The notes below the pieces were generated by a model, which worked only from the letters and a program-made list of their open reading frames with translations, made no database searches and had not been told where the DNA came from. This document shows, piece by piece, positions 10,560 to 20,549 of a stretch of DNA of 64,000 nucleotides (its first letter is position 1; the number at the start of each line of letters is the position of its first letter). The position numbers and the translations under genes are program-made. Source of the DNA: an uncultured Candidatus Rokubacteria bacterium (GTDB lineage: Bacteria > Methylomirabilota > Methylomirabilia > Rokubacteriales > CSP1-6); assembly GCA_963758635.1 (NCBI GenBank), contig CAVWWD010000006.1, positions 32,001-96,000 of the forward strand, written 5' to 3'.

Positions 10560-10609
10560 GGGCTCACCAGGACCGCGCGCCGGGCTCACCAGGTGCCGGG
10601 CCCACCAGG
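10560..10609 (+). repeat. Three direct repeats GGGCYCACCAGG in a gene leader
   Basis: Copies at 10560, 10582 and 10598, directly before RBS AGGAG and ATG 10623. Confidence 0.7.
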
Positions 10610-10622
10610 AAGGAGACGGACG

Positions 10623-11557
10623 ATGGGCAAGGACTCGAAGCAGATTCCCGAGGCGTTCGCGGACACGCTGGTGCTGGTGCTGGACCTCATGGGCTTCGAG
10701 ACCGCGGGCGCGGCCGGCGTCGGCCGCGCGCTGAAGCAGCGCGAGAAGGAAATCGTCAAGGCCGTCAACGAGGCGGTGGACGAGCAGACGAAGAAGCTCT
10801 TCAAGAAGCACTTCCCGTGGAAGCCCGCGCCGGCCGCCGACGCCCTCGGCGCGGCGCAGGCCGTCGGCGAGAAGGCGCTGGAAGAGCTCACGCGGGACGC
10901 CGAGGCGGCCATCACGGCGACGCTGAAGCAGGCCTGGAAGGAATCGCCGCTGGGCATCTGGGTCGACGACAACGAATGGGTGCTCTACATCGTGGTACCC
11001 GTCGTCGTGGTCGGCGGCGCCTTCGGGATGAAGGCGCTCTACGACGCGCGGGTGGGCGATCAGCCCGCGTCGTGGGCCGCCAACATGGCCAACAAGCACC
11101 TGGAGTTCAAGAAGCTGGGCAACCTGACGTTCGGCGCGGCCGACGTGCAGTTCGTCCCGTCGAAGCACCAGGGCGGCGCCAAGCTATTCGCGGCCGCGGA
11201 CTGGAAGCCCATCAAGGTCAAGCTGTCCGTCGGCGGCCTCTTCAAGGAGGACGACTCGCCGGCCGCCAAGGCCACGACCGGCCCGCCGCAGACCATCACG
11301 GGCTGGAACGCGGCGGTGGACCTGACCTACAAGGGCGCCGGCGCCGCCTCCAACCTGGACCTGAGCATCAAGGCGTACGTGCAGCGCACGGACTCGACCA
11401 GACCGTCGGCGGCAGCGCGAGCGCCGGCTACAAGATGAAGATCTGGGAGATGCCGGCGAAGCTGACCGCGGAAGGCAACTGGAAGCGCACGGACACCTAC
11501 GGCGCCGGCGCGGAGAACGCCTACTCCGTCCAGCTCGGCCTGCAGGTGGACTTGTAG
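10623..11557 (+). CDS. Hypothetical protein: helical N-terminus, one hydrophobic segment, beta-strand-rich C-terminus (frameshift near 11400)
   Basis: Strong RBS; gene-like codon usage; ORF 10593-11438 joins the C-terminus of ORF 10544-11557 (…AYSVQLGLQVDL). Confidence 0.75.
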
Positions 11558-11584
11558 CGCGTCCCGCGGCGCACGCGGCCGCCC

Positions 11585-12010
11585 CTAGCCCGGGGCGGGC
11601 GGCGTGTGCTGGAAGGGAAGCTTGGCGTAGCGCGCGCGGTCGATCTCGATCACGAGGGCCACGCGTCCCTCGTAGCCGCGCATCGGGAACGGCTTGCCGA
11701 TGTACTTGTGGGACACCGGATCCATGATGGCGAGGTCCGGATCGGGCCGCCGCTCGACCACGCGGCCGCGGAGCTGGAGCTCCTCGTAGGGATCGCGGAA
11801 GTCCACGATCGACAGCGATACGCGCGGATCGCGGCGGGTGTTGCGTCCCTTGAGCGAGCCCTCGCTCGTGCAGACGACGAGCCGGTCGCCCTCGCGCCCC
11901 ACCCACACCGGCACGCTCTGCGGGGAGCCGTCGGGCATCAGCGTGGCGAGGTGGGCGAAGTTCGGGCGGTCGATCAGCGCGCGGGCCTCGGCGGAGAGCG
12001 TCTGCGGCAT
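11585..12010 (-). CDS. PPOX-class (pyridoxamine 5'-phosphate oxidase-like) oxidoreductase
   Basis: AHLATLMPDGSPQSVPVW, KGRNTRRDPRVSLSI. Confidence 0.9.
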   Translation of the reverse strand: MPQTLSAEARALIDRPNFAHLATLMPDGSPQSVPVWVGREGDRLVVCTSEGSLKGRNTRRDPRVSLSIVDFRDPYEELQLRGRVVERRPDPDLAIMDPVSHKYIGKPFPMRGYEGRVALVIEIDRARYAKLPFQHTPPAPG

Positions 12011-12136
12011 GAGTGGGTCCTCCTCCCGTCATGCGTACTGCCGCGCGCCCGTCGCGTCAACCGTTGCGCTCCGTCGCGTGGTAACGTCGCAGAGCGAGCG
12101 CGCGCCGCGGTCGACCGCGCGAGGAGGCTCGGCCGC

Positions 12137-12372
12137 ATGTCCGGTCAGGTCACGCGACGGCAGATGGAAGCCTGGTTGCTCGCGAACGGCTTCCACGCGC
12201 TCCCGGGCGCATGACCGGGCACGTCCAGTTCGCGGGACCGGGCGGCGTCAAGATCACGCTGCCCGGCCACGGCCCGCAGGACCTCACGAAGAAGCACGTC
12301 GCGCTCATCGTTCGCGCGCTCGCCGCGGCGGGGTTCGACCGCGCGCGCGTCCGCGGCGAGCTGGGCGCGTGA
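12137..12372 (+). CDS. HicA-like toxin (frameshift near 12210)
   Basis: Joined frames give MSGQVTRRQMEAWLLANGF..TGHVQF..GVKITLPGH..DLTKKHVALIVR, a HicA-like pattern. Confidence 0.6.
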
Positions 12373-12387
12373 GCCCGCGGCGCGTTC

Positions 12388-13230
12388 TCAGCGCCGGTTG
12401 AACCGCCACCGCTCGAAGCGGTACCCCGGATCAGCGGGCGTCCGGCCCTCGCCGATGAGCTCCGCGTCCTCGACGGGCAGGACACGCCGGATGTCCTGAT
12501 GCGCGTCCCGGTCGATCTCGACGTCGGTCCGGGTGACGAACAGCTCGTCCAGGAGCCCCGCGGCCCGCAGCGCCTCGAGCGTGACCATGCCGCCCTCGCA
12601 ATCCAGATGACGCACACCGTGCTCGGCGAGGAGACGCTCGTGCGCCCGAACGAGCCCGGCCGGCGTCCACCCGCTCCTCGCCCGCTTGCAGGACGTGGAC
12701 GCCGCGCGCCTCGCTGCCGCGAGCGCCGAGGGCATGCGCGCCGGCGAAGGTGGTCACGACGATCGCCCGCAGGCCGGGCGTGTTGAACATCGGAAGTCCG
12801 AGGTCGAGGGCGCCGGACCCGGAGTAGAGGACGTGAATCGGAAAGCGCGGGCGGCCCTGCCCGTCCCGGAACCGACGGAGCGCCGCGTCCAGCTCGCCGC
12901 CAACGTCGTCGGCGGCGCCCACCAGGTCTGGCTGGTCACGGAGCGTCTGCGCGCCGAACGCCACCGCGTCCGCGCACGCGCGGAGCTGCCGCATGAGCCA
13001 GAGGTCGGCACGCCGGCCCGGTCGCGTGAAGTCCCCGCCCGCGATGGCGCGGACGGGGTCGTCGTCCGGGCCGGCCCGCCGCCACGTCACGACCCCGTTC
13101 GCCGAGGCGATCACGTTCCCGTAGATCCAGGGACGCGCCGTCCCGGCGGCGGGAGGCCGATGGGCGAAAGACGCGCGGGGTCCGGCGACACCGCGCCCGC
13201 GGTCTCGACAAGCCAGCGCCAGCGGATCAC
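12388..13230 (-). CDS. RibD C-terminal/dihydrofolate reductase-like protein (two frameshifts)
   Basis: PWIYGNVIASANG, LRACADAVAFGAQTLR, LDCEGG...LLDELFVT spread across frames. Confidence 0.7.
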
Positions 13231-13251
13231 CGGGCCGGGCCAGCCGGCGGA

Positions 13252-14616
13252 TCAGGCGATCCAGACCGTCTTGATGTTCACGAACTCCCGGATGCCGTAC
13301 TCGGAGAGCTCGCGGCCATAGCCCGAGCGCTTGATCCCGCCGAACGGCAGCCGCGGGTCCGACTTCACGAGCCCGTTGACGAACACCGAGCCCGCCTCGA
13401 TGCGCGCGGCCAGCCGCTCGGCCCGCTCGCGGTTGCCCGTCCAGAGCGACGCGCCGAGGCCGAACTGCGAGTCGTTGGCCAGGTGGATGGCGTCCGCCTC
13501 GTCCTTGGCCCGGATCACCGCGGCCACGGGGCCGAACGTCTCCTCGTCGAACGCGGGCATGCCGCGCTCGACGGCGGCGAGGAGCGTGGGCGGGTAGAAG
13601 GCGCCGGGCCCGGCGGGGATCTCGCCGCCCAGCAGGAGCTTCGCCCCGCGACGGAGCGACTCCTCCACCTGCTGGTGGAGCTCGTCACGCAGGTCGTGAC
13701 GCGCCTGCGGGCCGACGTCGGTGTCGCGCGACAGCGGGTCGCCCATGCGCCGCTTCCGGAGCTCGCCGGCGAACAGCTCGAGGAAGCGCTCCGCGATCGG
13801 CTCCACGGCGATGAAGCGCTTGGCCGCGATGCAGCTCTGGCCGCCGTTCACGAGCCGGGCGTCCGCGGCCACGCGCGCCGCCGCGTCAAGGTCGGCGTCC
13901 TCGAGCACGATGAACGGATCGCTTCCGCCCAGCTCCAGGACCGTCTTCTTCAGCTCGCGGCCGGCCTGCTCGCCCACCTGGCGGCCGGCGAGATCGCTGC
14001 CGGTGAGGGTCACCGCGGCCACGCGCGGATGCGCGATGAGCGGGGCCACGCCGGCGGACGTCACCAGCGCGGTCCGGAACAGCTCCCGCGGGAAGCCGGC
14101 GTCGCGCAGCACCTCCTCGATCTGGAGCGCGCAGCGCGGCACGTTCGACGCGTGCTTGAGCACCGCGCCGTTGCCGGCCATCAGCGCGGGGGCGAGGAAC
14201 CGGAAGACCTGCCAGAAGGGGAAGTTCCACGGCATGATGGCGAGGACCACGCCGAGCGGGTCGAATCGCACGTAGCTCCGCGACGCGTCGGTATCGCGCG
14301 GCTGCCCGGCGAGGAAGGCCTCCGCCTGCTCCGCGTAGTACTCGCAGACCCACGCGCACTTGTCGGCCTCGGCCTCGCCCTGGCGGATGGGCTTGCCCAT
14401 CTCCACCGCCATCGTGTGCGCGTACGTCTCGCGCCGCTCGCGCAGCAGGCGCGCCGCCGCGCGCATGGGCTCGGCGCGGTCGTGGAACGACCTCCCACGC
14501 CACTCGAGGAAGGCGCCGTGCACGCCCTCGACCAGGCGCTCGAGGGCCGCCGGCGTCATCGGCTCGAACCTCTCCACCACTTCTCCCGTCGCCGGGTTCA
14601 CGGACTCGATGGCCAT
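13252..14616 (-). CDS. NAD(P)-dependent succinate-semialdehyde dehydrogenase
   Basis: SVNPATGE, IMPWNFPFWQ, LELGGSD, NGGQSC, EETFGP, PFGGIKRSGYGREL. Confidence 0.92.
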   Translation of the reverse strand: MAIESVNPATGEVVERFEPMTPAALERLVEGVHGAFLEWRGRSFHDRAEPMRAAARLLRERRETYAHTMAVEMGKPIRQGEAEADKCAWVCEYYAEQAEAFLAGQPRDTDASRSYVRFDPLGVVLAIMPWNFPFWQVFRFLAPALMAGNGAVLKHASNVPRCALQIEEVLRDAGFPRELFRTALVTSAGVAPLIAHPRVAAVTLTGSDLAGRQVGEQAGRELKKTVLELGGSDPFIVLEDADLDAAARVAADARLVNGGQSCIAAKRFIAVEPIAERFLELFAGELRKRRMGDPLSRDTDVGPQARHDLRDELHQQVEESLRRGAKLLLGGEIPAGPGAFYPPTLLAAVERGMPAFDEETFGPVAAVIRAKDEADAIHLANDSQFGLGASLWTGNRERAERLAARIEAGSVFVNGLVKSDPRLPFGGIKRSGYGRELSEYGIREFVNIKTVWIA

Positions 14617-14686
14617 CGTGTCCTCCTGTCGACTGTCGTGGGTTACCGGCTGTCGTGGGTTGCGGCTGTCGCGCGCTCTCGGTCCG

Positions 14687-16046
14687 TCACGGCAATGCTC
14701 CCCCCGAACCCTCACGACGGCAAGGCCCAGCGACGACGCGGTCGAGGAGCTGGAAGGTGTCGCGGGCGAGCTGCTCGCGCGTGTGGCGTCGCCGCCACGC
14801 CTCGATCGCGCCCGGCCGCCTGGCGGCCGCCTCCCCGCGGGCGATCGACTCCAGTGCCGCCTCGAGCGCGCGGGGATCCCCGCGCGGCACGACGAGCCCG
14901 GCGCCGATCTCCCGGACGAGCGCCCCCGTCTCGCCGCCATCCGCGAACAGCAGCACGGGGCGGCCCGCCCCGATGTACTCGTAGAGCTTGCTCGGGATGT
15001 AGCGCGCCATCTCCGCGTTGTCGTTGAGGAGGAGCAGCGCGGCGCTGTCCCGCATGATCGCGGAGGCGACGGGCTTCGGCACGAGGTCGACCACGTCGAG
15101 CACGTCGCGATGGGGAAACGCCTGCAGCTCGCGCAGCGTCTCGGGCGACCGCTGTCCGACGAACCGCACTTTGAGGCAGCCTCGCGAGATCGGGGCGCCG
15201 CTCGACGACCGCGCGGAGGGAGGCGAGGAACGCCGTCGGCGGCGTCCACGACCCGAGGGCGCCCACGTACGAGACCGTGAGGGGACGGGACCCATCGGAG
15301 GGCCCGGCCGGGCCGCCGGCCGCCTCGGCCTCGTCACCGTCCCATCCGTTCGGAATCACGTGGCAGCGCGCGGCGTCGAGCTCGGGGAACACGCGGAGCT
15401 GGTGGTCGCGCTGCGAGGCCGTGGTGAACACCACGGCGTCGGCGGCCCGCAGGCACCGCCGCTCCCACCATCGATCGGCGCGGCCGTGGGTGACGAAGTC
15501 GAACGGACACTCCGTCCACTCGTCGCGGTACTCGAGGACGAGCTTGCAGCCGAGGGCCCGCGCGAGCAGACGCGCGCCCGGGAACGTCTGGAAGCTCGGG
15601 CCGGTCGCGAGCACCACGGCGGGCCGGGCCTCCGCCGCCACGCGCCGGCCGGTCTCGAAGGCGGCGAGGCCGTGCAGCAGCGAGCCGTCGATGCGCGGGA
15701 ACAGCCGCCCGGGCGTGAGCCGAGGCTCGGGGTAGCGCTCCACGCGCGTGTCCGGCGGCACGGCCGCGGCGAGATATGCGCCCGCCTCGGTGGCCGGAGG
15801 GGACGGCCCGGTGACGACCGTCACGTCCCAGCCCGCGGCGGGTCCGTGGCGGACGAGCGCGAGCACGCGGTAGGTGCCGGCGGCGACCCGCGGCGGGAAG
15901 AGCGCGGAGAGGACCATGAGCTGCCGCCCGCCTTCCTCCCCGCCCGGCCGGCCGGCGGCGGCGCGCGCGACGACCTCGGCGGCCAGCCAGCGCGCGTGGG
16001 CACGCAGGCCGTCCCGGGTCCGGCGAGCGCCGATGCGGAGCCGCAT
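14687..16046 (-). CDS. Glycosyltransferase family 4 (GT-B), frameshifted
   Basis: FPPRVAAG, EYRDEW, VIPNGWD, PSKLYEYIGAGRPVL. Confidence 0.85.
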
Positions 16047-16079
16047 CAATCCCGTCACGTTCTGTAGTATCTACGAATC

Positions 16080-18299
16080 GTGAGTGTCGTCCCGAGCCGC
16101 TCCGACCGGATCGAGGCGCTCGCCGCCCTCGAGCGCGAGCTGATCGCCGAGCTGGACCGCGACCGGCTGCTGCGGCTGGTCCTGGGGCGGCTGGCCACGC
16201 TCTTCTCCGGCGCCGCGGCGGGTCACCTGCGGTCCGGCGACCGGCTCCTCCCCTGGCTCCAGACCGACGCCGACGCGCTCCGGGTGGAGCTGGCCTTCGG
16301 CGAGGGCGTCACCGGCCGGTGCGCCGAGCGGGGGCAGGGCCTGCTCGTCAACGACTACTCCGCCTGGCCTCACGCGGTGCCGGCGGCGGTGACGCGCGGC
16401 CTGCGCCACGTGATGAGCCAGCCCTTGCTCGTGCGCGACGAGCTGATCGGCGCGATCACGGTGGCCCGCGTCGGCGCCGGCGCGGCGCCCTTCGCCGAGG
16501 ACGACCTATCCGTGCTCGGTCTCGTCGCCGTGCCCGTCGCGCTCGCCCTGCGCAACGCCACGCTCTACGAGGACGCGCAGGCCCGGCGGCGCGAGGCCGA
16601 GGAGCTGGCCCGCGTCGCCCGCACCCTGACCGGGATCCTCGACGTGGCCGCGGTGGGGGCGCAGGTCGTCGACAGCGTCGTGGCCCTCTTCGGCTGCGCC
16701 GCCGCCGGCGTCGGCCTGCTCCGGCCCGACCACTCGCTGGCGCCGCTCGCCCTCGGCGGGCCGGCCGTGACGCGCCTGCCCCCCGGCCTCTCCGTCGACA
16801 CCAGCATCGGCCTCATCGGCCGCGCCCTCGAGGAGGAGCGCACCTGCTGGTCGACGGACGTGCTCGAGGATCACAGCTTCACCATGAGCGCGGAGCGCCG
16901 CCGCATCCTGACGGAGGCGGGCATCCGCGCCGCGCTCTGCACGCCGCTCCGCCACCGGGGCCGCTCGATCGGCATCCTCCTCCTGGGCTTCCCGGAGCGC
17001 CGGACCTTCTCCGAAGCCGAGACGGCCCTTGCCCAGGCCTTCGCCGACCAGGCCGCGGTGGCCCTCGCCAACGCGCAGCTCCACGAGGAGGCGGGCCGCC
17101 GACGCCAGGAAGCCGAGTTCGCGGCGCGGATCGCGCGCACGCTGAACTCGTCGCTCGACCTGGGCGTGGTGCTGCAGCGGGTCGTCGAGGGCGCCCGCGA
17201 GCTCTGCCGGAGCGACATGGCGCGCATCGCGCTGGCCGATCCGGAGTCGGGCGAGATGGTCTTCCGCTACTGGGTCAACGCGCGCTTCGAGGGCTACCGA
17301 TCCATCCGCGTGACGCCGGGCCGCGGGCTCGGCGGGCGTGTCCTCCTCACCCGCCAGTCCTTCCGCACCGACAACTGGCTCCTCGATCCCCGCTTCTCGA
17401 AGGAGACCCTGCCGGTGATCGAGGCGGAGGGGATCGTCACCCAGATGGCGGCGCCGATCCGGAGCGGTGACCGCGTGGAAGGACTGCTCTACGTCGACAA
17501 CCGGTCGCCGCGGGCCTTCACCGACCGGGACGAGGCCGTGCTGATGGGCCTGGCCGACACCGCGGCCATCGCCATCAGGAACGCCCAGATCTTCCAGGCG
17601 GCGCAGACCACGGGCGCGCGCCTGCAGACGCTGTCGGGACGCCTGCTCAACGTCCAGGAGGCCGAGCGCCGTCACCTCGCCCGCGAGCTCCACGACGAGG
17701 TAGGGCAGGCGCTCACCGCGGTGCGGATCAACCTGCTCATGCTTCGGCGCGACGTCGCGCCCGGCGCGGCCGCGCATCGCCTCGACGACTGCCTCGCCGT
17801 GGTGGACCGCGTTCTCGGCGCCGTGCGCCAGCTCTCGCTCGACCTCCGCCCCTCGATGCTCGACGACCTCGGGCTGGCGTCCGCCGTCCGCTGGTACGTC
17901 GACGCCCAGGCGCAGCGTACCGGGCTCGCGGCCAGCGTGACCGTGGACGGGCTCGACCACGAGCCCGCGCCCGACCTGGCCATCACGTGCTTCCGCGTCG
18001 TCCAGGAGGCGGTCACGAACGTGGTGCGCCACGCGCGGGCGCGCCGGGTGGAGGTGGCGCTGATCGAGCGGGACGGCGCGCTGGAGCTAGTCGTGCGTGA
18101 CGACGGCGTGGGGTTCGACGTGGCCGCGGCCCGCGGCCGCGCCGCGCGGGGTGAGAGCCTGGGTCTCCTCGGTCTCGAGGAGCGCGTCGAGCTCGCGGGC
18201 GGGCAGGTCATCATGAGCTCCTCGCCGTCGGGCACGGAGATCCGCGCGCGCTTTCCGGCCGCGGGCCGGCCGACCACGCCGGAGGCGGGGCGCCCATGA
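16080..18299 (+). CDS. Cytoplasmic triple-GAF sensor histidine kinase (HisKA_3)
   Basis: Three GAF repeats ending FADQAAVALANA-like; ERRHLARELHDEVGQ; QEAVTNVVRHA, DDGVGF. Confidence 0.93.
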   Translation: MSVVPSRSDRIEALAALERELIAELDRDRLLRLVLGRLATLFSGAAAGHLRSGDRLLPWLQTDADALRVELAFGEGVTGRCAERGQGLLVNDYSAWPHAVPAAVTRGLRHVMSQPLLVRDELIGAITVARVGAGAAPFAEDDLSVLGLVAVPVALALRNATLYEDAQARRREAEELARVARTLTGILDVAAVGAQVVDSVVALFGCAAAGVGLLRPDHSLAPLALGGPAVTRLPPGLSVDTSIGLIGRALEEERTCWSTDVLEDHSFTMSAERRRILTEAGIRAALCTPLRHRGRSIGILLLGFPERRTFSEAETALAQAFADQAAVALANAQLHEEAGRRRQEAEFAARIARTLNSSLDLGVVLQRVVEGARELCRSDMARIALADPESGEMVFRYWVNARFEGYRSIRVTPGRGLGGRVLLTRQSFRTDNWLLDPRFSKETLPVIEAEGIVTQMAAPIRSGDRVEGLLYVDNRSPRAFTDRDEAVLMGLADTAAIAIRNAQIFQAAQTTGARLQTLSGRLLNVQEAERRHLARELHDEVGQALTAVRINLLMLRRDVAPGAAAHRLDDCLAVVDRVLGAVRQLSLDLRPSMLDDLGLASAVRWYVDAQAQRTGLAASVTVDGLDHEPAPDLAITCFRVVQEAVTNVVRHARARRVEVALIERDGALELVVRDDGVGFDVAAARGRAARGESLGLLGLEERVELAGGQVIMSSSPSGTEIRARFPAAGRPTTPEAGRP

Positions 18300-18946
18300 C
18301 AACCCGCGTCCTGCTCGCCGACGACCACGCGCTGGTGCGCGCGGGCGTGCGCTCCCTCCTCGCGACGGTGACCGGCATCGAGGTGGTCGCCGAGGCGGCC
18401 ACCGGCGCCGAGGCGGTCGCCCTGGTCGACCAGCTGCGTCCCGACGTGGTGCTCATGGACATCGCGATGCCGGGCGGCAACGGCCTCGACGCCGCCGCGC
18501 GCATCGTCAAGGAGCATCCCGAGACCCGCGTGATCATGCTCTCGATGCACGCGAGCGAGGAGTATGCGCTGCAGGCGCTGCGCGCCGGGGCCACCGGATA
18601 CCTCCTCAAGGACGCCGACCTCCTCGAGCTCGAGCAGGCCATCGCGGAGGTGGCGCGCGGCGAGACCTACCTGAGCCCGGCCATCTCGCGGCACGTGATC
18701 GCCGACTACCGTCGTCGGGTCACGGCGCAGCCGGAGCCCGCCGACCGGCTCACGCCACGCCAGCGCGAGGTCCTGCGCCTCATCGCCGAGGGCCTCTCCA
18801 CCAAGGAGATCGCGTTCCGGCTCAAGCTGTCGATCAAGACCATCGAGACCCACCGCGCGCAGATCATGGAGCGCCTGGAGATCCGCGATGTTGCGGGCCT
18901 CGTCCGGTTCGCCGTCCGCACCGGGCTGATCGACCCCGGCGCCTGA
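18296..18946 (+). CDS. NarL/LuxR-family response regulator
   Basis: ADDH, LMDIAMP, LTPRQREVL...TIETHR; ATGA overlap with the kinase. Confidence 0.95.
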   Translation: MTTRVLLADDHALVRAGVRSLLATVTGIEVVAEAATGAEAVALVDQLRPDVVLMDIAMPGGNGLDAAARIVKEHPETRVIMLSMHASEEYALQALRAGATGYLLKDADLLELEQAIAEVARGETYLSPAISRHVIADYRRRVTAQPEPADRLTPRQREVLRLIAEGLSTKEIAFRLKLSIKTIETHRAQIMERLEIRDVAGLVRFAVRTGLIDPGA

Positions 18947-19087
18947 TTCCTCCTCGGGGGCGGCCGCCGCCCCCCGCGGCCCTCGGGCCTGCCCTGAGGC
19001 CCGCCCTCAGGAACCCCCCGACTAGGCCGGCTCCCTGGGTGTCCGTAGTCTCGAATTGTCCCCCGCGACCGCGCCGGACAGCGAGCC

Positions 19088-19450
19088 ATGGCGAACACAC
19101 GCATCCTCATCGTCGACGACAGCAGCGACTTCCTCAAGTCGGTCTCGCTGCTGCTCGGCGCCGCGCCTGGCGTGGTGGTGGTGGGCACCGCGCGCTCCGG
19201 CGAGGAGGCGCTCGTCGAGGTGGAGCGCCTCCTGCCCGACCTGGTCCTCATGGACATCGCGATGCCGGGCATGGGCGGCATCGAGGCCACGCGCCGGATC
19301 AAGGCGCGCGCCCGCCCGCCTCGGCTCCTCCTGCTCACCATGCACGACAGCGGCGAGTACCGGCGGGCCGGCGAGCACGTCGGCGCCGACGGCTTCCTCT
19401 CGAAGCTCGACTTCACGACGGCCATCTCCGCGATGTTGCCTCGCCCCTGA
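19088..19450 (+). CDS. Single-domain response regulator (REC)
   Basis: ILIVDD, LMDIAMPGMGG, GFLSK. Confidence 0.88.
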   Translation: MANTRILIVDDSSDFLKSVSLLLGAAPGVVVVGTARSGEEALVEVERLLPDLVLMDIAMPGMGGIEATRRIKARARPPRLLLLTMHDSGEYRRAGEHVGADGFLSKLDFTTAISAMLPRP

Positions 19451-19509
19451 GGGCGAGGCCGCCGTTCCGGACGGCCCCGGCCGAGACATCCCGAAGGAGG
19501 CGAAAGCGT

Positions 19510-20355
19510 ATGCGTGTGCTGCTGGTCAACGATGATCCCGCGTTCCTCGACACGCTGGCCCGGATCCTCGAAGGCGAGCCGGGCGTCCTCGTGGTCGGCC
19601 GGGCCCGGACCGCGGCGGAGGCGATCGTGCAGTCGGCGAACCTCCTGCCCGACGTGGTCGTGATGGACGTGGAGATGCCGGGCATCGACGGCCTCGAGAC
19701 CACGCGCCGGCTGAAGGCCCGGCCGAACGCGCCCCGCGTCGTCCTCGTGAGCATCTACGCCAACGACGAGCATCGCCGCGTGGCCCGGGAGGCCGGCGCC
19801 AACGCGTTCCTCGGCACGTCGGAGGTGCCGTGGGCGCTCGTAGGCGCCCTGTGGCAGGTCGACGAGACAGGCGCGCGGGCGCGCGAGGCTGGTCCGGAGC
19901 ATGCCTGCGCCGCCGGGCAACCGGCGGGCCCGCCCGCGATCCGCGCGCGCGTGCTGATCGTGGACGACAACCCGGACGTCGCGGGCATGCTCGCCGAGAT
20001 GCTCGGCCACGCCGGCTACCAGGTGCAGACGGCGACGAGCGGCCGGGCCGCGCTCCTGCGCCTCGACGCCGAGCCGTTCGACCTGATCCTGAGCGACGTG
20101 CGGATGCCGCAGATGGACGGGCCCGCCTTCTACCGCGACCTCGCGGAGCGGCATCCGGACCTGGCCCGCCGCGTGATCTTCGTGACCGGCGACCTGCTCA
20201 CGACGGACGCCGCGGACTTCCTGGTCCAGAGCGGCGTGCCGAGCCTCGGCAAGCCCTTCACGCTGTCCGAGCTGAACGACGTCGTGCGGCAGGTGCTCGC
20301 CCGGCCCGCCGGCCCCCCGCGCCCGCCGTGCGCGGCGTGCGACCAGGAGCGCTGA
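19510..20355 (+). CDS. Tandem REC-REC protein
   Basis: VLLVNDD...MDVEMP and VLIVDDN...SDVRMP...KPF. Confidence 0.85.
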   Translation: MRVLLVNDDPAFLDTLARILEGEPGVLVVGRARTAAEAIVQSANLLPDVVVMDVEMPGIDGLETTRRLKARPNAPRVVLVSIYANDEHRRVAREAGANAFLGTSEVPWALVGALWQVDETGARAREAGPEHACAAGQPAGPPAIRARVLIVDDNPDVAGMLAEMLGHAGYQVQTATSGRAALLRLDAEPFDLILSDVRMPQMDGPAFYRDLAERHPDLARRVIFVTGDLLTTDAADFLVQSGVPSLGKPFTLSELNDVVRQVLARPAGPPRPPCAACDQER

Positions 20356-20408
20356 GGAGGCGCGGCCGCCTCTCACCGTCCTAACGCCCGGCCTCGGGCC
20401 GCCTCTCT

Positions 20409-20527
20409 CCCTCTCCCTTACAGGGAGAGGGTTGGGGTGAGGGTCCGTGGCACTACCTCGAGGGCGGACATTCTCGTGAGGTAGGGCGACCGCCCCTCAC
20501 CCTGCCCTCTCCCCGAAGGGGAGAGGG
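20409..20527. repeat. Inverted pair of REP-like hairpins
   Basis: CCCTCTCCC-ttaca-GGGAGAGGG-ttggggtgaggg and ccctcaccctg-CCCTCTCCCC-gaa-GGGGAGAGGG between convergent genes. Confidence 0.8.
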
Positions 20528-20549
20528 TCGTGAGGAGGCCCTTCGGGCG

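Noticed and set aside
10560..10609. Direct repeats as a mini-CRISPR
   Set aside because: Repeats are 12 bp with 4-10-bp spacers, and there are no cas genes
13252..15249. Apparent fusion ORFs (13252-15249, 36043-38745, 55209-57308, 24783-26873)
   Set aside because: Internal starts (most with an RBS or stop-start overlap) define the real genes; the extensions are off-frame read-through
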